Shown piece after piece: positions 39,693-50,199 of a DNA stretch of 64,000 nt. The position numbers and the translations under genes were made by a program. The notes beneath the pieces were generated by a model. The model was given only the letters and a program-made list of their open reading frames with translations, was not told where the DNA came from and made no database searches. How positions within the stretch are numbered: position 1 is the first letter of the stretch; every line of letters starts with the position of its first letter. This stretch comes from Limnothrix sp. BL-A-16 (GTDB lineage Bacteria; Cyanobacteriota; Cyanobacteriia; CACIAM-69d): contig CP166615.1 in the NCBI GenBank assembly GCA_041937175.2, positions 3,968,001-4,032,000 of the forward strand, written 5' to 3'.

Positions 39693-40372
39693 CTAGCCTT
39701 GCCAGTGGGGTGACCCAGTGGGATTGGTCGCCTTGGAGTTTGTCCGTGGGGGCGGCCCTCTGGGCCACGGGGTTGGCCGTGAGCTTGGGCTTGCTGATCG
39801 CCTGGGCGATGCTGTCCTGTCGGGAACCCTGGCGCAGCGCGATCGATACGGTGTTGGTGTTGCCGCTGGTGTTGCCGCCGACGGTGGTGGGGTTTGGGCT
39901 GTTGGTGTTGTTGGGTCGCCAGGGGCCGATCGGGTTGGCTTTGGAATCGATCGGGGTGTCGGTGGTGTTTTCGCCTTTGGGCACGGTGGTGGCGGCCACG
40001 GTGGTGGCCTTTCCCTTGGCCTATCGCACCTTGCTTTCCACCTTTGAACAGTTGGATCCCGATCTGTTGAGGGCCGCACGCACCTTGGGCCTGAATGGTT
40101 GGCAGATTTTTTGGCGGGTGCGGTTGCCCCTGGCGCGATCGGGCTTGGTGGCGGCGGCCTTGCTCACCTTCGCCCGATCGCTCGGAGAATTTGGGGCCAC
40201 GGTCATGTTGGCGGGCAATATTCCCGGCCGCACCCAAACCATTCCCAGTGCCATTTTTGCCGCCGTGGAAGCGGGTGACTGGCCCCGGGCCCAACTGTGG
40301 GTGTGGTTATCGCTCGCGATGGCCCTGCTGGCAATTGTGGGGCTTAATCAAGCGGCCCGTCGCCCTTGGTAG
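39689..40372 (+). CDS. modB: Molybdate ABC transporter permease
   Basis: LPLVLPPTVVG, FARSLGEFGAT, AGNIPG.TQT; ATGA overlap with modA. Confidence 0.95.
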   Translation: MTSLASGVTQWDWSPWSLSVGAALWATGLAVSLGLLIAWAMLSCREPWRSAIDTVLVLPLVLPPTVVGFGLLVLLGRQGPIGLALESIGVSVVFSPLGTVVAATVVAFPLAYRTLLSTFEQLDPDLLRAARTLGLNGWQIFWRVRLPLARSGLVAAALLTFARSLGEFGATVMLAGNIPGRTQTIPSAIFAAVEAGDWPRAQLWVWLSLAMALLAIVGLNQAARRPW

Positions 40373-41711
40373 GGGGAGCGGTGGGTTCTGAATTCGTTGC
40401 AGAACTTGTTGCAGAATTCGGCGGTTTGATCGGTTCGATCAATTCTTCAATGAACTCGATCGGCTCGATCGGCCCCGTCGTTGCGGGCGACCAAATGAGC
40501 CAACCCGCCGCCACCGCAAAGGAACCCGCCGCCTGACCAGGATGCAGCGGCAACCCCGTGGCACTCAGCAGCGCATTCACGGCCGCAAAGCCACCAAAAA
40601 AGCATCCAATCCCCAATCCCACCCGATCGGGCATCAGGTCGATCGCCAGCGGAATGCCCCCATTGAACAGCCCCGCCCAGGCCACCATCATCACCAACGC
40701 CAGCGGCCAAGTGATGATGCCCAATTGCGGCAACGTCAGCATTGGCAGCCCCATACCCAAGGCGATCGCCCCCGCCAACATCACCGATCGATTGCCCCAC
40801 CGGCCCGCCAACAGCCCCATCACCAACGCCCCGATCGCCACCGTCAGACCCACCCCCAACCCAATTACACTGCCGGGCCATTGGGGCAACTGGCTTTGCA
40901 AGGCAGCGGGCACAATGCCAAAAAACAGCCGCAACCCCCAACCCACGGCCGCCCCCAATCCCAACAGCCGGACGACTTCTCCCCAGTGAATTGGCCCAGG
41001 ACGGTTTTGGGCAACGGCGCTGGCTCCCAGAACTCGATCGGGCCCCGCCAATTGCAAGACTCCCGCCGCCGCCACCAGGGCCAACGATCCCAACCCAAAG
41101 GCATAGGCCGGGCCCAACTGCAAAACACGATCGCGAACCAAAGGAGCCACCGCCCCCACCAAGCCCGCCGACAAAACCAGCAGACTGTTGGCCTGGGGCA
41201 GTTGACTGCTCAAGGCGTATTGACCAATGAGGGCGATCGCGGGCGATCGAAACACCGCCATGGCCACCGCCCACAGCACCACAGTCACCATCAACAGGCC
41301 CTGAATGATGGCCCCGCGCCCCAACGTCGCCGCCACCATGGCCCCAAACATCAACACCGTCAGCCCCACCCCCGCCACCACCAGGGGATAGCGGCTGCCC
41401 ACGCGCAACCGGGCCCGATCGCTCAGGCCTCCAATCACCGGCTCCAATACTGCCGCCAGGCCATCTTCCAAAATCAACACCGCCCGATCGACCCCCGGTA
41501 ATCCCACGGCCGCCAACAACTGGGGTAAATAGAACCGATACAGCACCCAAGCCAGGGAAATGCCTCCTTGTAATCCCGCCAATCCCAACACGGGCCGCCA
41601 CAGGAGGTTGCGTTCAGGTTTGGTTAATTCAGGTTTGGTTAATTCAGGCTCGTTTGGCTTGGGATGGGCGACAGGCTCAGGCGATGGGGTCATGGGATGG
41701 GGCCAGGGCAA
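40344..41711 (-). CDS. MFS transporter
   Basis: About 12 hydrophobic segments; GGLSDR...GSRYP MFS motif A. Confidence 0.85.
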   Translation of the reverse strand: MPWPHPMTPSPEPVAHPKPNEPELTKPELTKPERNLLWRPVLGLAGLQGGISLAWVLYRFYLPQLLAAVGLPGVDRAVLILEDGLAAVLEPVIGGLSDRARLRVGSRYPLVVAGVGLTVLMFGAMVAATLGRGAIIQGLLMVTVVLWAVAMAVFRSPAIALIGQYALSSQLPQANSLLVLSAGLVGAVAPLVRDRVLQLGPAYAFGLGSLALVAAAGVLQLAGPDRVLGASAVAQNRPGPIHWGEVVRLLGLGAAVGWGLRLFFGIVPAALQSQLPQWPGSVIGLGVGLTVAIGALVMGLLAGRWGNRSVMLAGAIALGMGLPMLTLPQLGIITWPLALVMMVAWAGLFNGGIPLAIDLMPDRVGLGIGCFFGGFAAVNALLSATGLPLHPGQAAGSFAVAAGWLIWSPATTGPIEPIEFIEELIEPIKPPNSATSSATNSEPTAPPTKGDGPLD

Positions 41712-41865
41712 AGACTAATCGCCTCTGGGGCGATCGGGCGGATAGTTCCGGTCTAACCGATCGATTCGGCTCCTGGCGAACCTGTCCGGGCGATCGTCCG
41801 CATCAGCAAGGATTCTGGATCAATCGCCGTCACTCATCCCTCAGCGTCGGGGCTGAATTCTGGCG

Positions 41866-42312
41866 CTAATTCGCCGTGGCCGCTCTCAGGGTGTCAATAT
41901 TGGCTTCCCAATTGCGCCCATCAAAGGGTTCAATCAGCACCTGTGCCGGATCGGTTAAATCAACTCCATCCAGACAGCGGGCATTCACGCTGTAGCCATC
42001 CGGGTGCGATCGGGGCAGATAAAACGACTTGATGCCACAGGTGCGACAAAACAAATGTTTGGCCGTGCCTGTGTTGAAGGTGTAGGTGGTTAATGCCGTT
42101 TCGCCCTGCAACAGTTGAAAGCGCGATCGGGGAACGAGCAAATGCAAAAATCCCGTTTTGTCGCAGATGGAACAATTGCAAGACTGCACCTGTAAGGGCG
42201 ATGGCCCCTGCACCTGAAAGCGCACGGCTCCGCAATGGCAACCGCCCTCATAGGTGATGGCAGCGTCACGAGCGGATCCAGCCTCCGCCGTGGGGTTGGG
42301 TTCTTGGGTCAT
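41866..42312 (-). CDS. GFA / CENP-V family protein
   Basis: GGCHCGAV, CNCSIC, FCRTCG, SVNARCL. Confidence 0.93.
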   Translation of the reverse strand: MTQEPNPTAEAGSARDAAITYEGGCHCGAVRFQVQGPSPLQVQSCNCSICDKTGFLHLLVPRSRFQLLQGETALTTYTFNTGTAKHLFCRTCGIKSFYLPRSHPDGYSVNARCLDGVDLTDPAQVLIEPFDGRNWEANIDTLRAATAN

Positions 42313-42355
42313 GGCGAATGGTCGATCGAGAAGAAACGGATCGCTAAGGCTTAAG

Positions 42356-43042
42356 TTAAGGCTTAAATTGTCGATCGAACGTGGCCCGGTCGATCGGTTG
42401 TGGCACTTCCAAACCCTCGCCCCCCAACACCGTCAAGGGTTGGCCTTCCACCAAAATCCAAACCTTTGCAGCGGGATTCAACGTGCTGGCCGTGTAAACA
42501 ATTTGGCCTAACCGTCCCATCATCGATGCACTGCCGCCACCGCTGGTGAATTCCGACGACAGGTTCACCCGCACCCCTTCCGGCGCGATCATCACGTCCA
42601 GCAGCTTGGTGTTGGTGGGAATGGCGCTGCTTAAGTTGTTGTCGGTGGGTTGCCCGGCCAAAACTTGCTCGATCGCCCCGCGCAGTACCTCATCTGGCTC
42701 ACTGCTGGCCACAGTTTTGGCCGGCTGACCCGCCATCACAAAATGGGTTCCCGTGTCCTTCAGCCAATAGACCTGGGACTGCTCAGCGATCGGAGCGGTG
42801 GCCGCAGGGGCAGGAGTCGCCTTGGGCGATTGGGGCACGGCGCTGGGCGGCGGCGTGGGTGCAACGCTGGCCGCCACCGAAGGGCTGGGGCTGGGAATTG
42901 TCGTTGCGGCGGAAGGGCTGGGGGTTGGGGTGGGGGCTGTGGAAGCATTCCACCAGGCAACGCCGGCCCCCACTGCCACGGCCGTTGAACCAACGGCGGC
43001 CACAAGACTGATGGGTAGATTGCGACGGGGACGATCGGACAT
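42356..43042 (-). CDS. GerMN-domain membrane-anchored protein
   Basis: TM anchor, Pro/Thr linker, VNLSSEFTSGGGSAS...QIVYTAS...V.ILVEG. Confidence 0.88.
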   Translation of the reverse strand: MSDRPRRNLPISLVAAVGSTAVAVGAGVAWWNASTAPTPTPSPSAATTIPSPSPSVAASVAPTPPPSAVPQSPKATPAPAATAPIAEQSQVYWLKDTGTHFVMAGQPAKTVASSEPDEVLRGAIEQVLAGQPTDNNLSSAIPTNTKLLDVMIAPEGVRVNLSSEFTSGGGSASMMGRLGQIVYTASTLNPAAKVWILVEGQPLTVLGGEGLEVPQPIDRATFDRQFKP

Positions 43043-43365
43043 GGTGACAAAACCTCCTGAGGCGGTGCAAACGCAAGGCCCATAGCCAGCCTGGAACCGC
43101 ACTGGGCATGGCCCAACCAACTGAAACTGTGACCGAAACTGTGACCGCAACGGTGGCTGAGGCAGTACCGGAAACCGTTAGCGAAATGGTTCTTGAACTC
43201 TTGTTCTGGGTGGGGGGATGGAAACCCGGATCATTCGAGGGTGGCGATTTGGGGGCAACTTGGGGGCGACTTAGGGATCGATCATCGGGTTCAACAATGG
43301 GCGATCGGGCTGTTACGGCCATTCTAGGCCGCTCCTCAACAGTCGGTGTGAAGGCTCCCCGGGAA

Positions 43366-44352
43366 TTAGGCTCCTTGGGCCAGTTCCATCAGGGCCACTT
43401 CCCAGGCCAAGCGAGGTTGCACATAGCCCATCAGTTGCTTGCGGAGGGCTTCCAATCGACGCAGGTCCCGATCTCGCTGGGGCCAAGGCTGATCGCCCTG
43501 TTGCCACCAGGTTTGTTGCAGATAGTTCACCAGCCACAGTTGCTGCTCCAGGTCGATCGCCTTATCGAGCTGCCGGGCCAAATCCAGGGCCGCAAAGGCG
43601 GACTGGGGCGGTTGGCGCAGGGCCATCAGCAAGTCCTGTGGCAGGGTTTGCAACCGTTGCCAATGGGCGATCGCCTGGCCAGGACAGCCCTGGGCCAAGG
43701 CCAACACTTCGGGAGCGTCGCGCAAGTCGCCATGGCCCGCCCGATCGAGCACTTGGATCAACTCCGAGGGAGCCAACCGGCGAAAGGAAACCCGCGCGCA
43801 ACGGGAAACCAAGGTGGGCAAAATCGCCTCGGGGCCAGGAGCCAACAGAATGATGGTGGCGCGGCCCGGTTCTTCGAGGGTTTTTAAAAGGGCATTGGCG
43901 GCCCCTTCGGCCATGGTTTGGGCCGCTTCAATCACCACGAATGATCGGGGCGCTTCCATGGGTGGCCGGCCGAGGCTGGTGGCCAATTGGCGAATTTGTT
44001 CTAGGCGCACCTGGGGTGGTGTTTTCTTTTCCAGACCGCTGGCTTGGGCTTGGCTGATGGAAATTAGTTGTCCCCGATCGAGGTAGGTTGGCTCCAGCCA
44101 AATCAGATCGGGGTGCATTCGCTCGCGCACCCGTCGTCCCAAACTGGCCGCCAACTCCGGGCGATCGGGCGGACAAAGAATCCATTGGCCAAAACATTCC
44201 GCCGCCAACTTGCGCCCCACCCCATCGGGCCCCGCAAACATATAGGCCGGCGCAATTCGATCGCGGGCGATCGCCATCGTCAAAAAATCAATGACCGAAT
44301 CTTGACCCACTAGGGGCCCAAACCCAGCCCGAATCGTCGCTGGCTCCAGCAT
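43366..44352 (-). CDS. holB: DNA polymerase III subunit delta'
   Basis: AYMFAGPDGVG, HPD, AANALLKTLEEP, TLVSRC; follows tmk. Confidence 0.93.
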   Translation of the reverse strand: MLEPATIRAGFGPLVGQDSVIDFLTMAIARDRIAPAYMFAGPDGVGRKLAAECFGQWILCPPDRPELAASLGRRVRERMHPDLIWLEPTYLDRGQLISISQAQASGLEKKTPPQVRLEQIRQLATSLGRPPMEAPRSFVVIEAAQTMAEGAANALLKTLEEPGRATIILLAPGPEAILPTLVSRCARVSFRRLAPSELIQVLDRAGHGDLRDAPEVLALAQGCPGQAIAHWQRLQTLPQDLLMALRQPPQSAFAALDLARQLDKAIDLEQQLWLVNYLQQTWWQQGDQPWPQRDRDLRRLEALRKQLMGYVQPRLAWEVALMELAQGA

Positions 44353-44448
44353 CTAACCGGCCTCCATCCCCATGGCCCCCTTGTTTCCGTCCTGTGATCT
44401 CGGCCGCAATGACCTGCATGAACGACCTGCATTCCCCCGGCTGTTCGA

Positions 44449-45201
44449 TTAGAACGCGGGCTGCACCGGAACCGGCCACCAACAGGCCAAGCGCTCGGTC
44501 AACACCGCTTGGGTTTGGGCAAAGGTGGCGGCCAGGTCTCCATCGGCGGCGATCCGCACCACTCGATCGGGATCCTGGGTGGCCAAGGCTCCAAACCCCG
44601 ATCGCACCCGTTCATGGAATTCGATCGCGCTGCGTTCTAGGCGATCGGCCGGGCCCCGCCGCGCCGCCCGCCGGGCCAAGCAACAGTCGATCGAGGCATC
44701 AAACCACAGGGTTAAGTCACTGGTTAAACCCGCCGTGGCAATGCGGTTCAGGGTTTCAATCAGAATTAAATCCTGTTGGCGGCCAAAGCCTTGATAGGCC
44801 ACGGTGGAATCCACAAATCGATCGCTCACCACCAAGGCCCCGGCGGCCAAGGCTGGTTGCAGCACCTGCGCCACATGCTGGGCCCGATCGGCCGCATAAA
44901 GCAGTAGCTCGGTGCGATCGGCTACCTCCCAATCGCCCGAGAGGAGCAAGTGGCGAATCTGCTGGCCCAAGGCCGTGCCTCCCGGCTCCCGTGTCACCAC
45001 CAAGGGGCGATCGCCCAAAATGCCGCTGGCCTTGAGCCAATCCACCGCCCGCTCCAGTTGGGTGGTTTTGCCTGCGCCGTCAATTCCTTCAAAGGTGACC
45101 AACCGGCCCGGATTTGTCGTAACTGTCGGTGATAAATCCAGTGGTGACAGACCCGATCGCGGCATGGTGTCCAATCCCATAACAACTGTTTCCGTCCCCA
45201 T
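44449..45201 (-). CDS. tmk: Thymidylate kinase
   Basis: FEGIDGAGKTT, TREPGGT, LYAADRAQH, DRFVDST.AYQG; exact start uncertain. Confidence 0.95.
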   Translation of the reverse strand: MGTETVVMGLDTMPRSGLSPLDLSPTVTTNPGRLVTFEGIDGAGKTTQLERAVDWLKASGILGDRPLVVTREPGGTALGQQIRHLLLSGDWEVADRTELLLYAADRAQHVAQVLQPALAAGALVVSDRFVDSTVAYQGFGRQQDLILIETLNRIATAGLTSDLTLWFDASIDCCLARRAARRGPADRLERSAIEFHERVRSGFGALATQDPDRVVRIAADGDLAATFAQTQAVLTERLACWWPVPVQPAF

Positions 45202-45353
45202 CGCCAGCTTTCCCAAGCAAAACCCTTGGGATCTGGTTCTGTTTTGCTCACGATCCCTTGGTTCCGGGCCCCAAGTCCACAGTCGAGAGCAAAAGCGCTT
45301 GGGTATTATAGGGTTGGACGCGGTTCTACGCAGTTTCACGCAATCGAATCTTC

Positions 45354-45701
45354 ATGGCTCGTTATACCTGTCTATTCTCCTTCTCACAGCCGTCAGATCA
45401 ACTGCTTGGCCAGCTTGAACCCTCGCTGACCGATTGCGGTCTCAACGTCGTCCACAAAACCGTTGATTATCTCCTTGCGCGTGAACGACCGGGCAAAGTG
45501 TCCTATTACCGTTTGGTGACGGTGGAATTGGTGATCGATCGCGCCGACGAAGTTCGCAATCGCGCTCGCTTAAACCTGATTGTCAAGAATGAAGAGCTGG
45601 CCCTTCAGCAAAATAATCATTGTCGGCAAATGTCCGAGCAAATTGGCCAAACCTTGCAGGACAGCGGCTTGCTGGAACTGCTCAGTAGTGTCACGGGCTA
45701 G
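45354..45701 (+). CDS. Conserved hypothetical protein
   Basis: Non-overlapping ORF; MARYT...DYLLARE.PG.V....LVTVE...KNEEL pattern recognised from cyanobacterial proteins. Confidence 0.75.
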   Translation: MARYTCLFSFSQPSDQLLGQLEPSLTDCGLNVVHKTVDYLLARERPGKVSYYRLVTVELVIDRADEVRNRARLNLIVKNEELALQQNNHCRQMSEQIGQTLQDSGLLELLSSVTG

Positions 45702-45722
45702 GCAATTCAGGCGATCGCGCCG

Positions 45723-48700
45723 TCAAGGCGTGAGGGTTGGCGGTTGCGCCAAATCGGCAATTTGTTCTAGTTGGAAATTGTCGAGCAAGTCCTCGATCGC
45801 CTGGCACAAATCGTGATGGCCCGGTGGTAACTCCGTGAGCAGCACCCGCACCTGATCTTCATCGGCACTGCGGGCGGCTAAGTCCAACGCCAAGCGCCAC
45901 TCGATCGGCAGTTCCGCAAACCGATCGCGCAGGTTCAGGCTGGGTTGGCCATCGAGCACTGAATGGGGAGCCATGGGCACGGCGATCGGGCAGATGGGGC
46001 CCTGGGGAGCCAGCAGGCCGCGAATCAGATCCAACAGCAGAGGACAAAGCGGGGGCGAATTGGGCAGCAAGGTGCAGTCCAGCTCTTGCAAACAATGGTG
46101 ATCTTGGGGACTGGGGGCAATGGCCACAATCGCACAGGGACGATTCACCAGGTTCTTGCGCTCGATCGCCCGGATGCGGCGAATGGTGGCCAGCCCTTCC
46201 CCGTCCGGCAGCCGCAGATCCACCCACAGCAGTCGCGGTTGCCAGGAAGTCCATTGGCGCAAGGCATCCCACCCGTGACGAACACATTGGCTTTCCAAGC
46301 CCACCTGTTTCAGATAGTTCACATAGGCCTGGCCCCGATCGAGCAGAGGATCCACAATTAACAAGCGTCCAATCCAGGGTTCGGGCGGCGCGGACTCCAG
46401 CAGGGCCAGGGGCTTGCGGGCCGGTGGCTCCGGATGCGCCAACAGGCCATCCAGGCGGGGCAAGGGCACTTGCAGCCGAAAAATGGTCAGGATGCCCGGG
46501 CGACTTTCCGCCACCAAAGAACCCCCCATCAGCAGGGCCAACCGCTGCCCGATCGCCAAGCCCAAGCCCGTGCCCTGGCGCAGACGACGGCCGGCCTTGG
46601 CCTGCACAAAGGGTTCAAAGATGTCAGTCATTTCCTCGGGGTGAATGCCTTCTCCGGTGTTGCTAATTTCAAAAACAAGCAGGTCACCTTCGCCTAAATC
46701 AACGGCGAGAGTGACTTGGCCGGGCATCCCAACGAATTTGAAGGCGTTATCGAGCAAGTTGGTTAAAATTTGCCGCAGCCGCCGGCCATCACCCTTCACC
46801 CAATGGGGAACCGTGCCCGCTACGGCCATTTGGAAATGAACACGGGCACTGCGCGATCGCATCTCAAAAATTTCATGCAAATCGCTTAATAGGGCCAGCA
46901 GATCAAAATCGATCGGCTCCAGTTCCAGATGATCCGTTTCCACCCGGGCGATCGAGAGCAAATCATCAATCAGTTGCAGCAGGTAAGAACCATTGCGGGC
47001 GATCGCGTCCAGATGTTCCAGGGCCGGATCCCTGGGGGGGGAAATCAGGCCCAAAACGCGCGATCGCAGCAGTTGCCCAAATCCCAAAATGGCGTGGAGT
47101 GGCGTGCGCAACTCATGGGTCACATTGGCCAAAAAGACTGTCTTGGCACGGTTGGCCTGTTCCGCTGCGTCCCGGGCCGCCGCCAAATGGTGATTCGCCA
47201 CCGCCAAGGCCGCCGTTCGTTCCGAAACCTGCCGTTCCAGGTTTTGGTTGTAGCTCACCAATAATTCCTCAGTCACCTTGCGATCGGTGATGTCTTGCAA
47301 CACCACGATCGCCCCAGTCACGGCCTGCTCACTGTCAAACAGCGGCACGGCCAACACCTCCAAGGGCAGGCGGCGGCCGTGGGTTTGCTGCACATCCAGC
47401 CGCGTGGGTGCAACGGTTTTTCCTTCCAGGGCCAGGATCTCCGGTAACTGTTGCGTGGGAAATTGCGTCTCGCTGCCGGCCAAGAACAGGCGGTGATGCA
47501 AGGTTTCGCAGGTACGCCCCAACGGTTGCAGCCCGATCGGCAGTTGCAAGAGGCCCCCCGCCACGGAATTAACGTACTGCAAGGAACCGTCTTGGCTCAA
47601 AACCAACACCCCCATCGGCAGCGACTCCAGCACTTGGGTTAAGTGACTTTTGCTGTCCTGGAGGGCGCTGAAGGACAAACGCAGGGTGGCCGACATGGCG
47701 TTGAAGGTTTGGGCCAAGGCATCAAATTCGCGCACCCCCGTGTTGCTGTCTACGGGTTGAAACTGGATGCGGGCAGCGGCGCGGGTGGCCTGGTTCAGTT
47801 GCTCCAGAGGGCGCAAAACCTGCTGCACCGTCCACCATCCAATCCCCATGGCCAACAGCAGCGCCGTGCCGGCCAACAGCAACATAATTTCGGCGGTTTC
47901 TTGCACATCGCTCAGAAAGGCCGATTCGGGAACCAACACCGCAATCCACCAATCGGGGGTCGTGGGATGGTTGCAGCGCTTGAGGTGAAGTAGGTAGCGC
48001 TTGCCGTGGAATTGGTAGAGCTGGCTGGTGCGATCGGGCAGATAGCGAAATCCTCCGAATCGATCGAGCAGGTAGTAGCCCACGCTTTGGATGGACCGAT
48101 CGGGGAAGCTCTGCAAGGACAAGGGGTGCAGTTGGTTCAGTTCGCCCCGCTGTTCCACCCGATAGGGCAACTGATCGCTGGAGGTGGCCACCACCGTCCC
48201 CTCATCGGTGAACACAAAGACCTGACCCTGAGGCGGTAGGGGAATCGATCGCAGCAGTTGCCCCACGGTCAGCAGGTTTAAGTTGGCGCTAAACACCCCC
48301 AACAATCGGCCGGAGCGATCGTCATACAGCGGCCAGGCATGGTGCATCACCCAATCGGCGCTCCATTGCCAGTTGCGGTTTTGTTGGCGCTGATCCAAAC
48401 TGCTCCAGGTGGGCTGGCCAACCCCCACCGCCGCATTAAACCAAGCCTGGGATTGGGGTTCGCTGGTCCAATAGAGCCGAGGGCGACCGGCTGGATATCC
48501 CCGATCGCTCACAGACCATTGCCAGATACTTTGGCTATTGCCTTGGCCGTTGGCAAAGCGCCGCCACCCTCCTAACCGCGACACCCCGCGCAAATTGCCC
48601 TCGGGATCGCTGTAAACCAACTGGCCCAAGTCGGGAAACTCCCGCAACCGTCGCCACAGGTATTGTTCGATCGCCCGCCAATCTCCTTGGGGCCATTGCC

Positions 48701-48998
48701 CTGTTAGGAAATCATTCGTTTGCAGTTGGGCAACGGTGTTGTAGGTACGAAAGAGGTTTGTGAGCTGTAAATGGGCCTGCTGGCTGCTCATTTGCAGCAG
48801 TTGCTTGGTGTTTTCGGTGGCAACGGTGCGATTGCTGCGCAGGGCTAAGTAGGCGATCGCCCCCACCACCAGCACCAATTGGATCACAAACGGCACAATG
48901 ATCAGCCACCGCAGAGAAACCGCCCAACCGCCGCCCGCCGAAGGAGCGGTGGTCTGCGATCGAACCGGGGGTGGCGACTCTGGGGCGGATGGTTTCAA
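45723..48998 (-). CDS. Membrane hybrid histidine kinase (Cache-HAMP-PAS-HisKA-HATPase-REC)
   Basis: 2 TM segments, DITDRK, THELRTPL, QILTNLLDNAFKF, GTGLGL, degenerate receiver. Confidence 0.92.
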   Translation of the reverse strand: MKPSAPESPPPVRSQTTAPSAGGGWAVSLRWLIIVPFVIQLVLVVGAIAYLALRSNRTVATENTKQLLQMSSQQAHLQLTNLFRTYNTVAQLQTNDFLTGQWPQGDWRAIEQYLWRRLREFPDLGQLVYSDPEGNLRGVSRLGGWRRFANGQGNSQSIWQWSVSDRGYPAGRPRLYWTSEPQSQAWFNAAVGVGQPTWSSLDQRQQNRNWQWSADWVMHHAWPLYDDRSGRLLGVFSANLNLLTVGQLLRSIPLPPQGQVFVFTDEGTVVATSSDQLPYRVEQRGELNQLHPLSLQSFPDRSIQSVGYYLLDRFGGFRYLPDRTSQLYQFHGKRYLLHLKRCNHPTTPDWWIAVLVPESAFLSDVQETAEIMLLLAGTALLLAMGIGWWTVQQVLRPLEQLNQATRAAARIQFQPVDSNTGVREFDALAQTFNAMSATLRLSFSALQDSKSHLTQVLESLPMGVLVLSQDGSLQYVNSVAGGLLQLPIGLQPLGRTCETLHHRLFLAGSETQFPTQQLPEILALEGKTVAPTRLDVQQTHGRRLPLEVLAVPLFDSEQAVTGAIVVLQDITDRKVTEELLVSYNQNLERQVSERTAALAVANHHLAAARDAAEQANRAKTVFLANVTHELRTPLHAILGFGQLLRSRVLGLISPPRDPALEHLDAIARNGSYLLQLIDDLLSIARVETDHLELEPIDFDLLALLSDLHEIFEMRSRSARVHFQMAVAGTVPHWVKGDGRRLRQILTNLLDNAFKFVGMPGQVTLAVDLGEGDLLVFEISNTGEGIHPEEMTDIFEPFVQAKAGRRLRQGTGLGLAIGQRLALLMGGSLVAESRPGILTIFRLQVPLPRLDGLLAHPEPPARKPLALLESAPPEPWIGRLLIVDPLLDRGQAYVNYLKQVGLESQCVRHGWDALRQWTSWQPRLLWVDLRLPDGEGLATIRRIRAIERKNLVNRPCAIVAIAPSPQDHHCLQELDCTLLPNSPPLCPLLLDLIRGLLAPQGPICPIAVPMAPHSVLDGQPSLNLRDRFAELPIEWRLALDLAARSADEDQVRVLLTELPPGHHDLCQAIEDLLDNFQLEQIADLAQPPTLTP

Positions 48999-49104
48999 GC
49001 GTGCTCTCCTCTAGGGCCGAGGCGCAAGCAAGGGGCTAATCAACAGCTAATCAACAATTGAGGCCGAAATTGGAGCCAAGGCGATTGACCGATCGCACCC
49101 AAAC

Positions 49105-50118
49105 TCAAGCATCGGAGCCTAAACATTCGCCGGGTTGAAGGTGCAGGCCGTTGGCAAAGTCCCAGCCGGGTTGCGGCCGTTTGCCCGCAGGCACCACTTG
49201 GCGCAACAGTAGATAATCTTGCCCAGTGCGCACCACGGGGCCCCATCCCTTCAGGATGCCAACGATCGTTCCGGGTGGCCCCGCGATCGCCTGCCACTGG
49301 GTCTGTAAATTCTCCCATTGGGCGGCAAGGGAACCAAAACTCTCGGGTAATTGAGACCAAAACGTTGAACCCAAAGGGGCCGTTTCCAACAGCTTCAGGC
49401 CGTTGCCGCGCAACTGGCTGTGGCCGTTGGGGATCATGGCCCGCACTTGGTTATGGATTGCCAAGGCCGAGTGTGACCAGTCGATCGCCCATTCTTCTTT
49501 TTTGATTGGGGGGGCGTGGGTGGCTTCGGCCGGTTGGGATTGGGGCTGAAGCGACCCATCGGCCAAGCCCCGTAAGGTGGGGGGCAACAGATCCGCCGCG
49601 ATCTCCGCCAGCCGTTCCGCCAAGCTTTGGGCGTTGTCCAGGAGGTCGATCGGGGTGTCGCCCCGCAGCAACATGGGGCCCGTGTCCATCCCTTCATCCA
49701 TCAGCATGGTGACAATGCCCGTGAGGCGATCGCCCGCTTGCAAACAGCGCTGAATCGGGGCCGCGCCGCGATAGGCCGGCAGGATGGAGCCATGGCCATT
49801 GATGCAACCCAACCGGGGCATGGCCAACATTTCTGCCGACAGCAGTTGCCCATAGGCCACCACCACAAAGGCATCGGCTTGGGTGGCACGCAGGCGATCG
49901 AGGGTTTCGGGATCTTTCTTGACCCGATCGGGCTGCCAAACCGGGATGCCCGCCGCCAGGGCCAGTTGCTTCACCGGGGAAGGAATCAGGTCGCTGCCCC
50001 GTCCTCGCCGTCGATCGGGTTGGGTGACCACGGCCAAGACCTCAAAATCTGGCTCGTTGATCAGGCGCTGCAAACTGGGAACCGCAAAGGCGGGAGTACC
50101 GAAAAAGACAAGCCGCAT
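49105..50118 (-). CDS. fmt: Methionyl-tRNA formyltransferase
   Basis: MRLVFFGTP.FA, VVTQPD, VVAYG, HGSILP.YRGAAPIQ, MDTG. Confidence 0.97.
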   Translation of the reverse strand: MRLVFFGTPAFAVPSLQRLINEPDFEVLAVVTQPDRRRGRGSDLIPSPVKQLALAAGIPVWQPDRVKKDPETLDRLRATQADAFVVVAYGQLLSAEMLAMPRLGCINGHGSILPAYRGAAPIQRCLQAGDRLTGIVTMLMDEGMDTGPMLLRGDTPIDLLDNAQSLAERLAEIAADLLPPTLRGLADGSLQPQSQPAEATHAPPIKKEEWAIDWSHSALAIHNQVRAMIPNGHSQLRGNGLKLLETAPLGSTFWSQLPESFGSLAAQWENLQTQWQAIAGPPGTIVGILKGWGPVVRTGQDYLLLRQVVPAGKRPQPGWDFANGLHLQPGECLGSDA

Positions 50119-50199
50119 GGTGATAGGAAAAACAAAACGGTCGGAGGGGCGATCGATGCTGAACCCAACGCAAGCCAAACACCGTGACAAGCGGGCCGA

